DNA of 64,000 nt, taken from Bacillota bacterium. GTDB taxonomy: Bacteria; Bacillota; Clostridia; Christensenellales; SZUA-584. A model generated the notes under the pieces. The model was given only the letters and a program-made list of their open reading frames with translations. It searched no databases and was not told the DNA's origin. The position numbers and the translations under genes were made by a program. Location: the NCBI GenBank assembly GCA_023415915.1, contig JAEZIZ010000096.1:217-64216 (forward strand), read 5' to 3'. Positions 55,794 to 64,000 of this stretch are shown one piece after another; positions within the stretch are counted from its first letter, which is position 1, and each line of letters starts with the position of its first letter.

Positions 55794-55871
55794 TGGGGTG
55801 AACGGTGGGATTCGAACCCACGGCCTCCAGGGCCACAACCTGGCGCTCTAACCAACTGAGCTACGCCCACC
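55794..55871 (-). tRNA. tRNA-His (anticodon GTG) with encoded G-1, CCA encoded
   Basis: Extra 5' G, anticodon arm CCAGG-TTGTGGC-CCTGG, GGTTCGAAT T-loop. Confidence 0.9.
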
Positions 55872-55884
55872 GCAAAAAACATCT

Positions 55885-55961
55885 TGGCGCGCCTGCAGGG
55901 ACTCGAACCCCGGACACACGGCTTAGAAGGCCGTTGCTCTATCCACCTGAGCTACAGGCGC
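55885..55961 (-). tRNA. tRNA-Arg (anticodon TCT), CCA encoded
   Basis: Acceptor GCGCCTG/CAGGCGC, anticodon arm ACGGC-CTTCTAA-GCCGT, GGTTCGAGT T-loop. Confidence 0.9.
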
Positions 55962-56087
55962 CCACGGTCAGCCGCCTTGAAAGGCTTTCATTTTGAGCAA
56001 CCGACAGAACGAAATTTTATCACAATAATATTTTGATGTCAATAACCGCACGGTACTTTCGGCAGTATTTATGCTCAGAAAAAACTT

Positions 56088-56858
56088 CTAATATTCGTTG
56101 GTTTGCGCGGGTACTTTTTTGTCGTTGTTTTCAACAAAAACTTCATATAGCGCGTCTTTAAGATATCCGCCGAGCTTAGCTTCGATGTAATACTTTGGGT
56201 CGTATGTCTCGCCGTCAGCGCTTACCGGATCAATGCCTTCGCTCGCAGCAGCTGTGTAGTAATAAAGGTATACCTTCGCGCCGCAGGAAAGCGTCTCGCT
56301 TTCGAGCTTTGTTTCCATAACTTTTGTATTCTGCTCGTCAGGCGAAAGCGCCCATTTATCTATTACTTTTAACGCGTCCTCCAGCTCGTCTCTTTGCTGC
56401 TGAGCGTCGAACATGCTTATCAGTACGGGGCTCATTTTTACAGCCTCGCTGAGTATCAGGCGGCACTTGAGCATATCTTTTGCCGAAAGCCTTGTAAGCT
56501 GGCAGTTAAGCGCGCCTTTAAGCTTATGAAGCTCTTTTATTTCCGCTCGGCTCAATGCGTCCCCTGCCTGCGCGTAAACGCCCGAATAATCCTTACTGGA
56601 TATCAGCCCCGCTTCAAACATATCCCGCAGCGAGGCAGCCGCGTATATGTCGCCGTAAGTATCATAGTAATACTTCATCGCGCTCAGCTTCCGCTCTATC
56701 TGCTGCTGCGACATCGTCGGCAATGCCGCTGTGTACGTCTCGGAAGTGCACGCTGCCTGCAAAATCAAAACAGCCAAAGCAGCAACGAGCAGCGCCGCCT
56801 TGACGGACGTTCCAATAAGCTCATTTAGCTTTGATGGAGTTTTTCTTACGCTTAACAT
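56088..56858 (-). CDS. Hypothetical membrane-anchored/lipoprotein-like protein
   Basis: N-terminal hydrophobic segment ending LQAACTS. No recognised domain. Lies downstream of recO. Confidence 0.55.
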   Translation of the reverse strand: MLSVRKTPSKLNELIGTSVKAALLVAALAVLILQAACTSETYTAALPTMSQQQIERKLSAMKYYYDTYGDIYAAASLRDMFEAGLISSKDYSGVYAQAGDALSRAEIKELHKLKGALNCQLTRLSAKDMLKCRLILSEAVKMSPVLISMFDAQQQRDELEDALKVIDKWALSPDEQNTKVMETKLESETLSCGAKVYLYYYTAAASEGIDPVSADGETYDPKYYIEAKLGGYLKDALYEVFVENNDKKVPAQTNEY

Positions 56859-56883
56859 AACGCGTCCTTATATTGTAAACAAA

Positions 56884-57606
56884 CTAACTCTTCACAAATT
56901 TCGCTGTCTTAAGCGGCTGCTGCAACGCGTTCTCGAGGTACGCTATAAGCAATGCTTTTAGCCTGCTTGCCGTCTCACCGCTTAAGCGCAGCTTGCCTAT
57001 GTCTTTGGGTATCACGTCCGCCATCTCTCCAAGCGCCGCCAGCACCTCGCCGCCTGCCCTCTCTCCGCCGTGCGTCTTCGCGCACCCGGCGCACAGCGCT
57101 CCGCCGTGCTCCGCCGAAAAGTGGGTTACGTCCTCCCGCCCGCACAGCACGCACGCGCCGACTCCGGGGTATACGCCTTCAATATAAAGCAGGCGCTGCA
57201 TGAAGTAACAGACGACGGTGTCCGGGTCCGCCGCTTTCGTTTCCAGAGCGAACAGCGCGTTTACGACCAGCGCGAACAGCTTGGGCGCCGGGTAATCCTC
57301 CTGGGCCACCTTGCCCGCCGCGTCCGCTATAAAGCACGCCGCCGAATACGCGTCGTAATCCTCCGAAAGCTTCTGGAACGAGTGCCTTATGCTGCAGCCC
57401 CTTACGCCGTAATATCCGCCCTTCTCGTAGAACTCGTACTCGCCGCAACAAAAAAGGCTCGAAGAGCTGAACAGCTTCGACGTCTGCTTCTTCGCGGCCT
57501 TCACCTTAGCGGACATCAGGCCGTAATCCTTAGTAAGCAGCGTAAGCATCCTGTCTGCGTCCTTAAAATCCGCCGTCCTTATTACGATTGCGCTTGTACG
57601 TATCAT
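56884..57606 (-). CDS. recO: DNA repair protein RecO
   Basis: OB-fold N-terminus (AIVIRTADFKDADRMLTLLT) and a Cys4 zinc motif (CVLCG...CAGC). Follows era. Start uncertain (TTG 57618 or ATG 57606). Confidence 0.85.
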   Translation of the reverse strand: MIRTSAIVIRTADFKDADRMLTLLTKDYGLMSAKVKAAKKQTSKLFSSSSLFCCGEYEFYEKGGYYGVRGCSIRHSFQKLSEDYDAYSAACFIADAAGKVAQEDYPAPKLFALVVNALFALETKAADPDTVVCYFMQRLLYIEGVYPGVGACVLCGREDVTHFSAEHGGALCAGCAKTHGGERAGGEVLAALGEMADVIPKDIGKLRLSGETASRLKALLIAYLENALQQPLKTAKFVKS

Positions 57607-57633
57607 CGCCTCACCCAAAATGTATCGTCAAGG

Positions 57634-58518
57634 TTATTCATACCCGAGCTCGTGCATTATCCTCCTGCTGTCCCGCCAGCCCGGCTCTACGCGCACGAAC
57701 AACTCCAAATATACCTTCATGCCGAAAAGCATCTCAAGGTCGCGCCGCGCTTCGATGCCTATGCGCTTTAGCATGCTTCCGCCCTTGCCTATTATTATCG
57801 CCTTGTGCCCCGGCCTGTCGCATATAATTACGGCCGAAACGTCCGTTATTTCCTTATCTTCGCGCTGCGACACGCGCTCGACGCTGACGCCTATGCCGTG
57901 CGGCACTTCCTCGCGCAGTATGTTAAGCGCCTTCTCCCGTATTATCTCGGCCGCTATCAGCCGCTCGGGCTGGTCGGTGTAAGCGTCATCGGGGTAATAC
58001 TTTGGCCCCGGCACAAGGTAGGTTTTAAGCGCTCTGGTAAGCTCCTCTACGCCTTCGCCCGTCTTTGCGGATATCAGATACACGTTGTCAAAGCCCGCCT
58101 GCTTTATGCTTTGCGCAGCGCCTTCGCTCTTTTCCCTGCCCGCAGCGTCAATTTTGTTTACTGTGGCCACCACGGGCGCTCCACAGTTTTTAAGCTGCTG
58201 CAATACTCCCAAATCCCGCTCACCAAGGCCGTGCTCCGCGTCGCACACAAACAGCACCGCGTCCACGTCGCGCAGCGTGTCATACGCCGTCTTCACCATG
58301 TATTCGCCGAGCTTGTCCTTGGGGGTATGTATGCCGGGCGTGTCAAGGAAAACGAGCTGCGTTTCCCCTTCTGTGAGTACGCCCGTTATCCTGTTCCTCG
58401 TCGTCTGGGGCTTCTTTGAGACTATTGCGACTTTTTCGCCCACTATTCTGTTGACCAGCGTCGACTTGCCTACATTGGGGCTGCCGACTATCGCTATAAA
58501 CGCCGATTTCGTATCCAA
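57634..58518 (-). CDS. era: GTPase Era
   Basis: G1 GSPNVGKST, G3 DTPG, G4 NKID, C-terminal KH domain. Confidence 0.95.
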   Translation of the reverse strand: MDTKSAFIAIVGSPNVGKSTLVNRIVGEKVAIVSKKPQTTRNRITGVLTEGETQLVFLDTPGIHTPKDKLGEYMVKTAYDTLRDVDAVLFVCDAEHGLGERDLGVLQQLKNCGAPVVATVNKIDAAGREKSEGAAQSIKQAGFDNVYLISAKTGEGVEELTRALKTYLVPGPKYYPDDAYTDQPERLIAAEIIREKALNILREEVPHGIGVSVERVSQREDKEITDVSAVIICDRPGHKAIIIGKGGSMLKRIGIEARRDLEMLFGMKVYLELFVRVEPGWRDSRRIMHELGYE

Positions 58519-58519
58519 T

Positions 58520-58918
58520 CTACTTTGCGCCCATCTCTTTTCCGGAAAAGCCGCCCGCCAGCATTGCGATAAGCTTCATTGTCTCGTATTCAAGCTTGTT
58601 GTTTGACGATATCACGTCCATCTTAGGCGAGAACTCGAAAAGCGCCTGGCGGCACACGCCGCACGGCGTAGTTATCATGTCCGAATCCGACGTTACCGCA
58701 ATGGCTTCGAACTCCCGCTCGCCGCTTAATACCGCGCTGAAAAGCGCCACCCTTTCGGCGCAGCACGTAACGCTGTAAGAAGCGTTCTCAATGTTGGCTC
58801 CCACATATACCTTGCCGCTCTTAGCGAGCAGCGCGGCGCCTACGCGAAAATTCGAATACGGCACGTACGCCTGCTTTTTCACCTCGTCGGCTTTTTTAAG
58901 CAGTTCTTTTATGTTCAT
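58520..58918 (-). CDS. cdd: Cytidine deaminase
   Basis: CAERVA and PCGVCRQ zinc-binding motifs, 132 aa. Confidence 0.9.
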   Translation of the reverse strand: MNIKELLKKADEVKKQAYVPYSNFRVGAALLAKSGKVYVGANIENASYSVTCCAERVALFSAVLSGEREFEAIAVTSDSDMITTPCGVCRQALFEFSPKMDVISSNNKLEYETMKLIAMLAGGFSGKEMGAK

Positions 58919-59337
58919 ACTTCATATCCTGCCTTTTTCATTATCTCCCGCTGTTTTTCGCGCATTTCTTTTTCCTGCTCTTCCGTCTCGTGGTCGTACC
59001 CGAAAAGATGCAGCATGGAGTGCGCTACTAAAAACGCGGCTTCGCGCTCCTCCGAGTGCCCGAACTCCCTCGCCTGCTCGGCGGCCCTTGGCAGCGACAA
59101 CGCTATGTCGCCTAAAAAGCCTTCCTCCTCCGACGGAAACGAAAGCACGTCGGTCACCGAGTCCTTATCCCTATATTGTTTGTTAAGCCTGCGTATATTA
59201 TCGTCGTCGGTAAAAAGAAGGCTTACGTCGCCGCTTTTACCTTCCAGCTTCGCCGCGGCCTTTGCCGCTTTAACGGCAGCTTTTCTTATATCGCTTCCTG
59301 TCTTTACGCCCTGCTCCGTTATATCAACATTAATCAT
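58915..59337 (-). CDS. ybeY: rRNA maturation endoribonuclease YbeY
   Basis: HSMLHLFGYDH metal-binding motif, 140 aa. Confidence 0.9.
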   Translation of the reverse strand: MINVDITEQGVKTGSDIRKAAVKAAKAAAKLEGKSGDVSLLFTDDDNIRRLNKQYRDKDSVTDVLSFPSEEEGFLGDIALSLPRAAEQAREFGHSEEREAAFLVAHSMLHLFGYDHETEEQEKEMREKQREIMKKAGYEV

Positions 59338-59348
59338 ACCTGTTTATC

Positions 59349-61538
59349 CTATTCCTGCCCCGGGTATTTTACGCGCTCGTGGAACGCGCCTTCGTAAACG
59401 CTCGTGAACGCCTTCGCCAGCGAATTTAAATCCTTGCGTCCCAGCGAGCTCTCGTCAAACTGCCCTTCGTTGTATTTTGTGCGTATTATCTTGTTTACCA
59501 TTTCCTTGACCTGCTCCCTGTCGGGGCTGTCAAGGCTTCTTATCGCCGCTTCCACGCTGTCCGCAAGCATGACCACGGCCGACTCCTTGGACGTAGGCTT
59601 ACTGCCTTTGTATTTGAATACGGGATCGTTTGTGTTAATCCCCGCCTCCTGCGCCTTGTGCACGAAATACGGCACTACCGCGTCGCCGTGGTGCTGCGCC
59701 ATTATCTTCTGCACGTCGCGAGGCAGCTTGAATTTTCTTGCAAGCTCCATGCCGTAGCTTAAATGCTCGGTTATTATCCTTGCGCTCTCCCGCGGGTCGA
59801 GCATATCATGCGGGTTCTCGCTCTTCTGGTTCTCCTTGAAATACTCCGGGTTTTTAAGCTTGCCCACGTCATGATAATACGCACCCACGCGGCATAGCAA
59901 CGAGTTGGCGCCTACCGCGTCCGCGCCCGCTTCCGCGAGGTTCGCCGTGAGTATACTGTGATGGTACGTGCCCGGAGCCTCAATAGTTAAGCGTTTAAGC
60001 AGCGGATGATTGGGGTCGGAAAGCTCTATAAGCTTTGCGGGCGTGGATACGCGGAACATGGCCTCCCATATCGGCAGCGTGCCAATGGCCAGCACCCCGC
60101 CGAACATACCGCTTCCCACGGCAAAAGCGCTGTCCACTATTATGTCGCCCGAGGCCGCGCCCGCCGCGCCTATAGTGTCGTTAATAGCGGTTATGCCCGC
60201 GCCGAGTCCGCCGGCTATAAGCCCCGCGTATATGAGCGACGCTCTGTAGCCCGGCTTATACAGCGCAAATACCGCCGCCGAGCCGCCTATTATTATTATC
60301 ATAAGCGTACGCAGCATCGTTATGCTGAGTATCCCAGTCTGCCACGAGCAGACCGCGCCTATGAGGAACGCAAGCAGCAGATTCAGCGTAAGCGCGCTCC
60401 TTTGAGATACCAGCACGCTTGCGAGCATTGTGCCTAAAAAAGCGGTTATTATGCGCGTATCGAGCCGGGAGAGCGGTACCGCGAGCGCTACCGACAGCAC
60501 AGCAAGCGCCATCAGCATCACGAGCTTCCTCGTCTCCGATATAATGTCGCTCTCGAACTGGAACATGTATACGGCGTATATCGCAAACAGCAGCGCCACA
60601 AACAGCAGCATGCCTATATACAGCGTGTAATCCTGCGTCTGCCCTCCGCCCGCGTATCCCAATTCCTGCAGTACGGCGTACTGCGCTTCGGTGACGACTT
60701 CGCCCTGCGAAACTATCTTCTGGTTCCTCTGGTACGTGACCGGGGTCACCGCCGCCTCGGCCGCGCTTATTGCCGCATCCGTTGCGACGGAATCATAAAG
60801 CAGGTTCGCCTCCAGGTACTTCTCTACCGGCGTATAGGCAAGATACCTCGTTCCCGTATCCTCAAACAGTTTTGCCATGTCGCTTGCTATGCCTTCTTTT
60901 ACCGCGGACAGCCTGTCTTTGAGTATGCCGCCGTCGAGCGAAGTGGAGACCTTCTCAATTATCCTTGCCTTTATGTTATCCAGCTCCTGCTCGTTCATGG
61001 ACGCTAGAACGGTTATCGCCTCGTCGGGCATTTCGTCGTCGCCCACCAGCGTTTTGACATGCGATTTTATGCCGGGCGTCAAGAAAGCTTTCCAGTCCAC
61101 AGCCGCCGGGTCGTAATCTTCCAAAAGCCTGTCCTTTGACATTCCCGTGACAATGGCCTTATCGTCCAGGTAAGCGTTCTTCATATATTCCGCGGCCTGC
61201 CTTAAGCTGTCGAAATAGCCAGCTACGCTTTGCTCCGTCCGCTCTGTGATACCGGAGTCAATAGTATATATTGGAGCGACAGACAGGCGCGCCTGCTCCA
61301 ACGCGGCGTTTGTAGACACCTTGTCCACTATATCGCGGCTCGCGGTTATCGTCGCGGGAGCCACCTTGCCTACCTTTATGTCATATCTTAAAGGCATCAC
61401 CGATATTGCGACAAACGCGTAAACAATCAGCGCCGTTACTGCGATTATTATTATGGCAGCGACGCGCTGCTGTTTTGAAATCGCACTCTTTGGCGTGTTA
61501 CCCACTCTTTTATCTCCTTGTCTTCTCATACTTCTCAT
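59349..61538 (-). CDS. pgpH: 7TM-HD membrane phosphohydrolase (PgpH/YqfF family, putative c-di-AMP phosphodiesterase)
   Basis: Extracellular N-terminal domain, 7 TM helices, C-terminal HD domain (HHSILTANLA...YYHDVGK). Confidence 0.85.
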   Translation of the reverse strand: MRSMRRQGDKRVGNTPKSAISKQQRVAAIIIIAVTALIVYAFVAISVMPLRYDIKVGKVAPATITASRDIVDKVSTNAALEQARLSVAPIYTIDSGITERTEQSVAGYFDSLRQAAEYMKNAYLDDKAIVTGMSKDRLLEDYDPAAVDWKAFLTPGIKSHVKTLVGDDEMPDEAITVLASMNEQELDNIKARIIEKVSTSLDGGILKDRLSAVKEGIASDMAKLFEDTGTRYLAYTPVEKYLEANLLYDSVATDAAISAAEAAVTPVTYQRNQKIVSQGEVVTEAQYAVLQELGYAGGGQTQDYTLYIGMLLFVALLFAIYAVYMFQFESDIISETRKLVMLMALAVLSVALAVPLSRLDTRIITAFLGTMLASVLVSQRSALTLNLLLAFLIGAVCSWQTGILSITMLRTLMIIIIGGSAAVFALYKPGYRASLIYAGLIAGGLGAGITAINDTIGAAGAASGDIIVDSAFAVGSGMFGGVLAIGTLPIWEAMFRVSTPAKLIELSDPNHPLLKRLTIEAPGTYHHSILTANLAEAGADAVGANSLLCRVGAYYHDVGKLKNPEYFKENQKSENPHDMLDPRESARIITEHLSYGMELARKFKLPRDVQKIMAQHHGDAVVPYFVHKAQEAGINTNDPVFKYKGSKPTSKESAVVMLADSVEAAIRSLDSPDREQVKEMVNKIIRTKYNEGQFDESSLGRKDLNSLAKAFTSVYEGAFHERVKYPGQE

Positions 61539-62478
61539 ACGCCCTTACTATGTTCTGCACAAGCGGGTGCCGCACTACGTCTTTATGCGTCAGATACTGT
61601 ATGCTTACGCCCTCCACGCCTTCCAGCACGGCGATGCACTGCTTTAAGCCGCTTTTCTTCTCTTTGGGCAGGTCAATCTGGGTTATGTCGCCTGTAACGA
61701 CTATCTTGGAATTCTCGCCGAACCTCGTCAAAAACATCTTCATCTGCTCTTCCGTGCAGTTCTGCGCCTCGTCGAGCACTATAAACGCGTCGGAAAGCGT
61801 CCTGCCGCGCATATACGCCAGAGGCGCAACTTCGATAACCCCGCGCTCGGAGAGGCGCGCAAAGCCCTCCCCGCCGAGGAACTCGTAAAGCGCGTCATAC
61901 AGCGGCCTTAAGTATGGGTCCACTTTGTTCTGCAGGTCGCCCGGCAAAAACCCCAGGTTTTCTCCCGCCTCCACTGCCGGGCGCGTGAGTATTATGCGCT
62001 CGATTTCCTTATTCTTTAAAGCCACAACGGCCATAGCCATCGCGAGATACGTCTTGCCCGTGCCCGCCGGGCCAATAGCGAACACAAGCGTATTTTCCTT
62101 TATGGCGCGCACATAGCGCTTTTGGCCTATCGTGCGGCTCTTTACCTGCCGGCCTCTGTTCGTTATCGCTATTACGTCGGCCATTATCTCTTCTATGGCG
62201 TCGGCGTTGCCTTCGCGCGCGAGCTCTACGGCATAGCGTATCTTCGATATATCGAGCTTCTCGCGCTTTCGCAGCATGCCAAGAAGCTTGTCCACCACCA
62301 CCTTGGCGAGGCTTGCCTCCTCTTCCTTGCCCGTTATCGCTATATGCGTGTTCCGGGAGACTATGCTCGCTCCCGTTTCCTTCTCTATCGCTTTTGCGTT
62401 TTCGTCAAAAGCCCCGAAAAGCTCCATCAGCTGCTCCAAGCTGTCAACTTCTATCGTATACTCAACGGGCGTATCCAA
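61510..62478 (-). CDS. phoH: PhoH-family ATPase (PhoH/YbeZ)
   Basis: KH-like N-terminus, Walker A GPAGTGKTYLA, Walker B VLDEAQN. Confidence 0.9.
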   Translation of the reverse strand: MDTPVEYTIEVDSLEQLMELFGAFDENAKAIEKETGASIVSRNTHIAITGKEEEASLAKVVVDKLLGMLRKREKLDISKIRYAVELAREGNADAIEEIMADVIAITNRGRQVKSRTIGQKRYVRAIKENTLVFAIGPAGTGKTYLAMAMAVVALKNKEIERIILTRPAVEAGENLGFLPGDLQNKVDPYLRPLYDALYEFLGGEGFARLSERGVIEVAPLAYMRGRTLSDAFIVLDEAQNCTEEQMKMFLTRFGENSKIVVTGDITQIDLPKEKKSGLKQCIAVLEGVEGVSIQYLTHKDVVRHPLVQNIVRAYEKYEKTRR

Positions 62479-62480
62479 AA

Positions 62481-63668
62481 CTATTCCTCCAGATAAACAA
62501 CTTTACCAATGTCCTCCTGTGTGCGCAGATATACCGTCACGCTTAAAACGTCGTCCTTCACATTGAATATGGCGTTGTGCCCCGTTATCTCGGCGTCGTC
62601 GGGCGCAAGGCTTTGCGCTCTCCAGTACGCCCTCTCTTCAAGGTATGCCATCAATATATCAAGCGGCGCGGGCGTCTTTGTAAGCTTAACTTCGCTGTGC
62701 CGCAGAAGCGCAACCCTTACCGGCAGAAACAGCCGGTCCCCCAGATAATACTCGTTAACCACTTCCGTATCGAACTCGGCAAACCCGCACGGCCCGTCTA
62801 TCGAGGCGCTGTCGCCTCCCATATACACGACCCTTTCGTACTGCGTACGGCCCGTCTTCTCTCTAGTCTCGCGGTATATGGGCGCGTTCTCCTCTCCCCT
62901 GTACCACACGCTGCCCTTAACCTTGCCCTTTGCGGCGAACATTATGCGCGGCATCCCGGGATCCCACACGAGCCCGGCTATCAGCTTATCGCCCGCGCGC
63001 ACGGTGTCGCCCGGCTTTACTACCGCCCTGCCCGCAAGCGGTATTACGCTTTCTATGTACGCGTCCTTCTTTGCTATAATATCACAAGGCCTGTTCTCGT
63101 CATATACCTCGGGGGGCATGTCCGCGGGCAATATGTTCACGACTACGGCAACGCCCCTAAAGGCTATGTTCATCCACGCTATCTCGTCGTGCGCGATTAT
63201 CATATCCGTAGTTATCGCTTTAAGGTCAATGCTGCCCTTGTAAACGCCCGGCACTATGCCTTTTTCCGCAAGCTCTGCTTTAATCTTTGCGCCTTCGTAG
63301 GCTCCGACGCCTTTTACCTGCACGTCCCACACGAACTGCGCCGCGGCAATTACGCCAAGAGTAACAACTAATAGCCCTGCCAGCAGCGCCTTGCGGCGAA
63401 ACAGCCGCATCGCTCCAAACGGCAGTCCCATGCGTCTCCCGGCAGTTACAGTATACCGTTCCGGAACGATTTTTATAAGCTTGCCGTAACCCCGAGCGCT
63501 GAGGCCCGCATACAGCACGGTATACGACACGCGCTTTACGTCAAACACCTTTACTCCCGCCTGCGAAGCGAGATTTAAAAACCGTTCAAGCGACAAGCCT
63601 TCCACGCGTATCATAACATATCCGTAAATAAAATGCCATATTCTCACGGCGTTACCCTCTTTGTGCAA
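62481..63668 (-). CDS. yqfD: Sporulation protein YqfD
   Basis: 395 aa. N-terminal GYVMIRVEG...ERFLN pattern, central TM helix, conserved position after yqfC. Confidence 0.8.
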   Translation of the reverse strand: MHKEGNAVRIWHFIYGYVMIRVEGLSLERFLNLASQAGVKVFDVKRVSYTVLYAGLSARGYGKLIKIVPERYTVTAGRRMGLPFGAMRLFRRKALLAGLLVVTLGVIAAAQFVWDVQVKGVGAYEGAKIKAELAEKGIVPGVYKGSIDLKAITTDMIIAHDEIAWMNIAFRGVAVVVNILPADMPPEVYDENRPCDIIAKKDAYIESVIPLAGRAVVKPGDTVRAGDKLIAGLVWDPGMPRIMFAAKGKVKGSVWYRGEENAPIYRETREKTGRTQYERVVYMGGDSASIDGPCGFAEFDTEVVNEYYLGDRLFLPVRVALLRHSEVKLTKTPAPLDILMAYLEERAYWRAQSLAPDDAEITGHNAIFNVKDDVLSVTVYLRTQEDIGKVVYLEE

Positions 63669-63951
63669 TTTCGTATTTTATCGATGCTATCTCTCCCTTT
63701 ACGGCGACGTTCTCCTGCCCGAAGCTCTCGAGTTCGAGCCCTGAGCCTTCCACTGTTATATAAAACGGCCCGGCATATACCCCCACCCGCCTCATAGAAT
63801 ATTCCGATATGTTGCTATGATTCTCTATGTACAGATTGGTGTTGTCTATCATAGTGAGGCGCACGCAGCCTACAGCCTCGGGAGCGAGCCCAGATTTTTG
63901 CACGATATCTTTTTTTATGTTTCTCTTGCCCACACATATCACTCCGGCCAA
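63652..63951 (-). CDS. yqfC: Sporulation protein YqfC
   Basis: ~95 aa. ...RLTMIDNTNLYIENH... resembles B. subtilis YqfC as recalled. Start codon uncertain (non-ATG). Confidence 0.7.
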   Translation of the reverse strand: MAGVICVGKRNIKKDIVQKSGLAPEAVGCVRLTMIDNTNLYIENHSNISEYSMRRVGVYAGPFYITVEGSGLELESFGQENVAVKGEIASIKYEIAQRG

Positions 63952-64000
63952 CTATGTATAAATATAATTATGCTTGACGGGCAAAAAAAAGAAGAGCATA

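Noticed and set aside
55558-55996. ORFs 55558-55791 and 55805-55996
   Set aside because: They run across the four tRNA genes on the opposite strand, so they are artefacts of open frames in structured RNA genes.
57070-57771. 233-aa plus-strand ORF (with others at 57179-57451, 57805-58419, 58085-58606, 62577-63371) overlapping recO, era and yqfD
   Set aside because: These are antisense shadow ORFs of well-supported minus-strand genes. Their products are Arg/Pro/Ala-rich and low-complexity, with no SD and no recognisable motifs.
1-64000. Search for CRISPR arrays, rRNA genes, retron/DGR-like repeats, toxin-antitoxin pairs or intact defence systems
   Set aside because: By-eye scanning of the intergenic regions found no regularly spaced direct repeats and no rRNA-like sequence. 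The only defence-related gene is the decayed hsdR. A computational repeat or HMM scan would be needed to exclude short or degenerate elements.

Overview
Chromosomal segment (~50% GC) of a spore-forming Firmicute, judged from the yqfC-yqfD sporulation genes and the Bacillus-like yqf/era/recO operon. It is dominated by sugar catabolism. (1) 1-8.2 kb is a hexuronate/pectin module: kdgK, an eda fusion, a GntR regulator with an operator array, a TRAP transporter, kduI and kduD. (2) 8.3-16.8 kb holds a tandem HD/HD-GYP protein, an orphan lipoprotein with a small Gly-rich peptide, an AraC regulator, a three-subunit xanthine-dehydrogenase-family molybdoenzyme and a family-4 UDG. (3) 16.8-26.5 kb is one long minus-strand operon. 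It joins a ribose-type ABC importer, a Gfo/Idh/MocA dehydrogenase and a TIM-barrel isomerase to a cupin-type PGI, HPS, PHI, a ROK kinase and a DeoR regulator. (4) 26,863-55,535 is a 28.7-kb segment bracketed by 47-bp direct repeats of the 3' part of tRNA-Lys(TTT), which I read as a tRNA-integrated genomic island. It carries an intact IS21-family element with a 7-bp target duplication and a 22-gene carbohydrate locus that encodes its own LacI-family regulator. That locus contains a DgaE/SelA-like PLP enzyme, two RidA paralogs, an amidohydrolase, a lactonase, dehydrogenases, an MR-type dehydratase, a GH4 enzyme, an AGE-family enzyme, kinases, a SIS protein, an ABC importer, an RraA-like protein and a second eda-kdgK pair. 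The island ends in a decayed hsdR and a 5'-truncated tyrosine integrase joined at a deletion junction. (5) 55.5-64 kb has a tRNA Arg-His-Gln-Lys array and the recO-era-cdd-ybeY-pgpH-phoH-yqfD-yqfC operon. I saw no CRISPR array, no rRNA and no intact defence system. The best candidate for an undescribed system is the island cargo, which I infer to be an oxidative amino-sugar/aminoaldonate route to KDG/KDPG. The second candidate is the RuMP-enzyme-containing sugar operon. All functional calls come from reading motifs by eye, and no database search was run.
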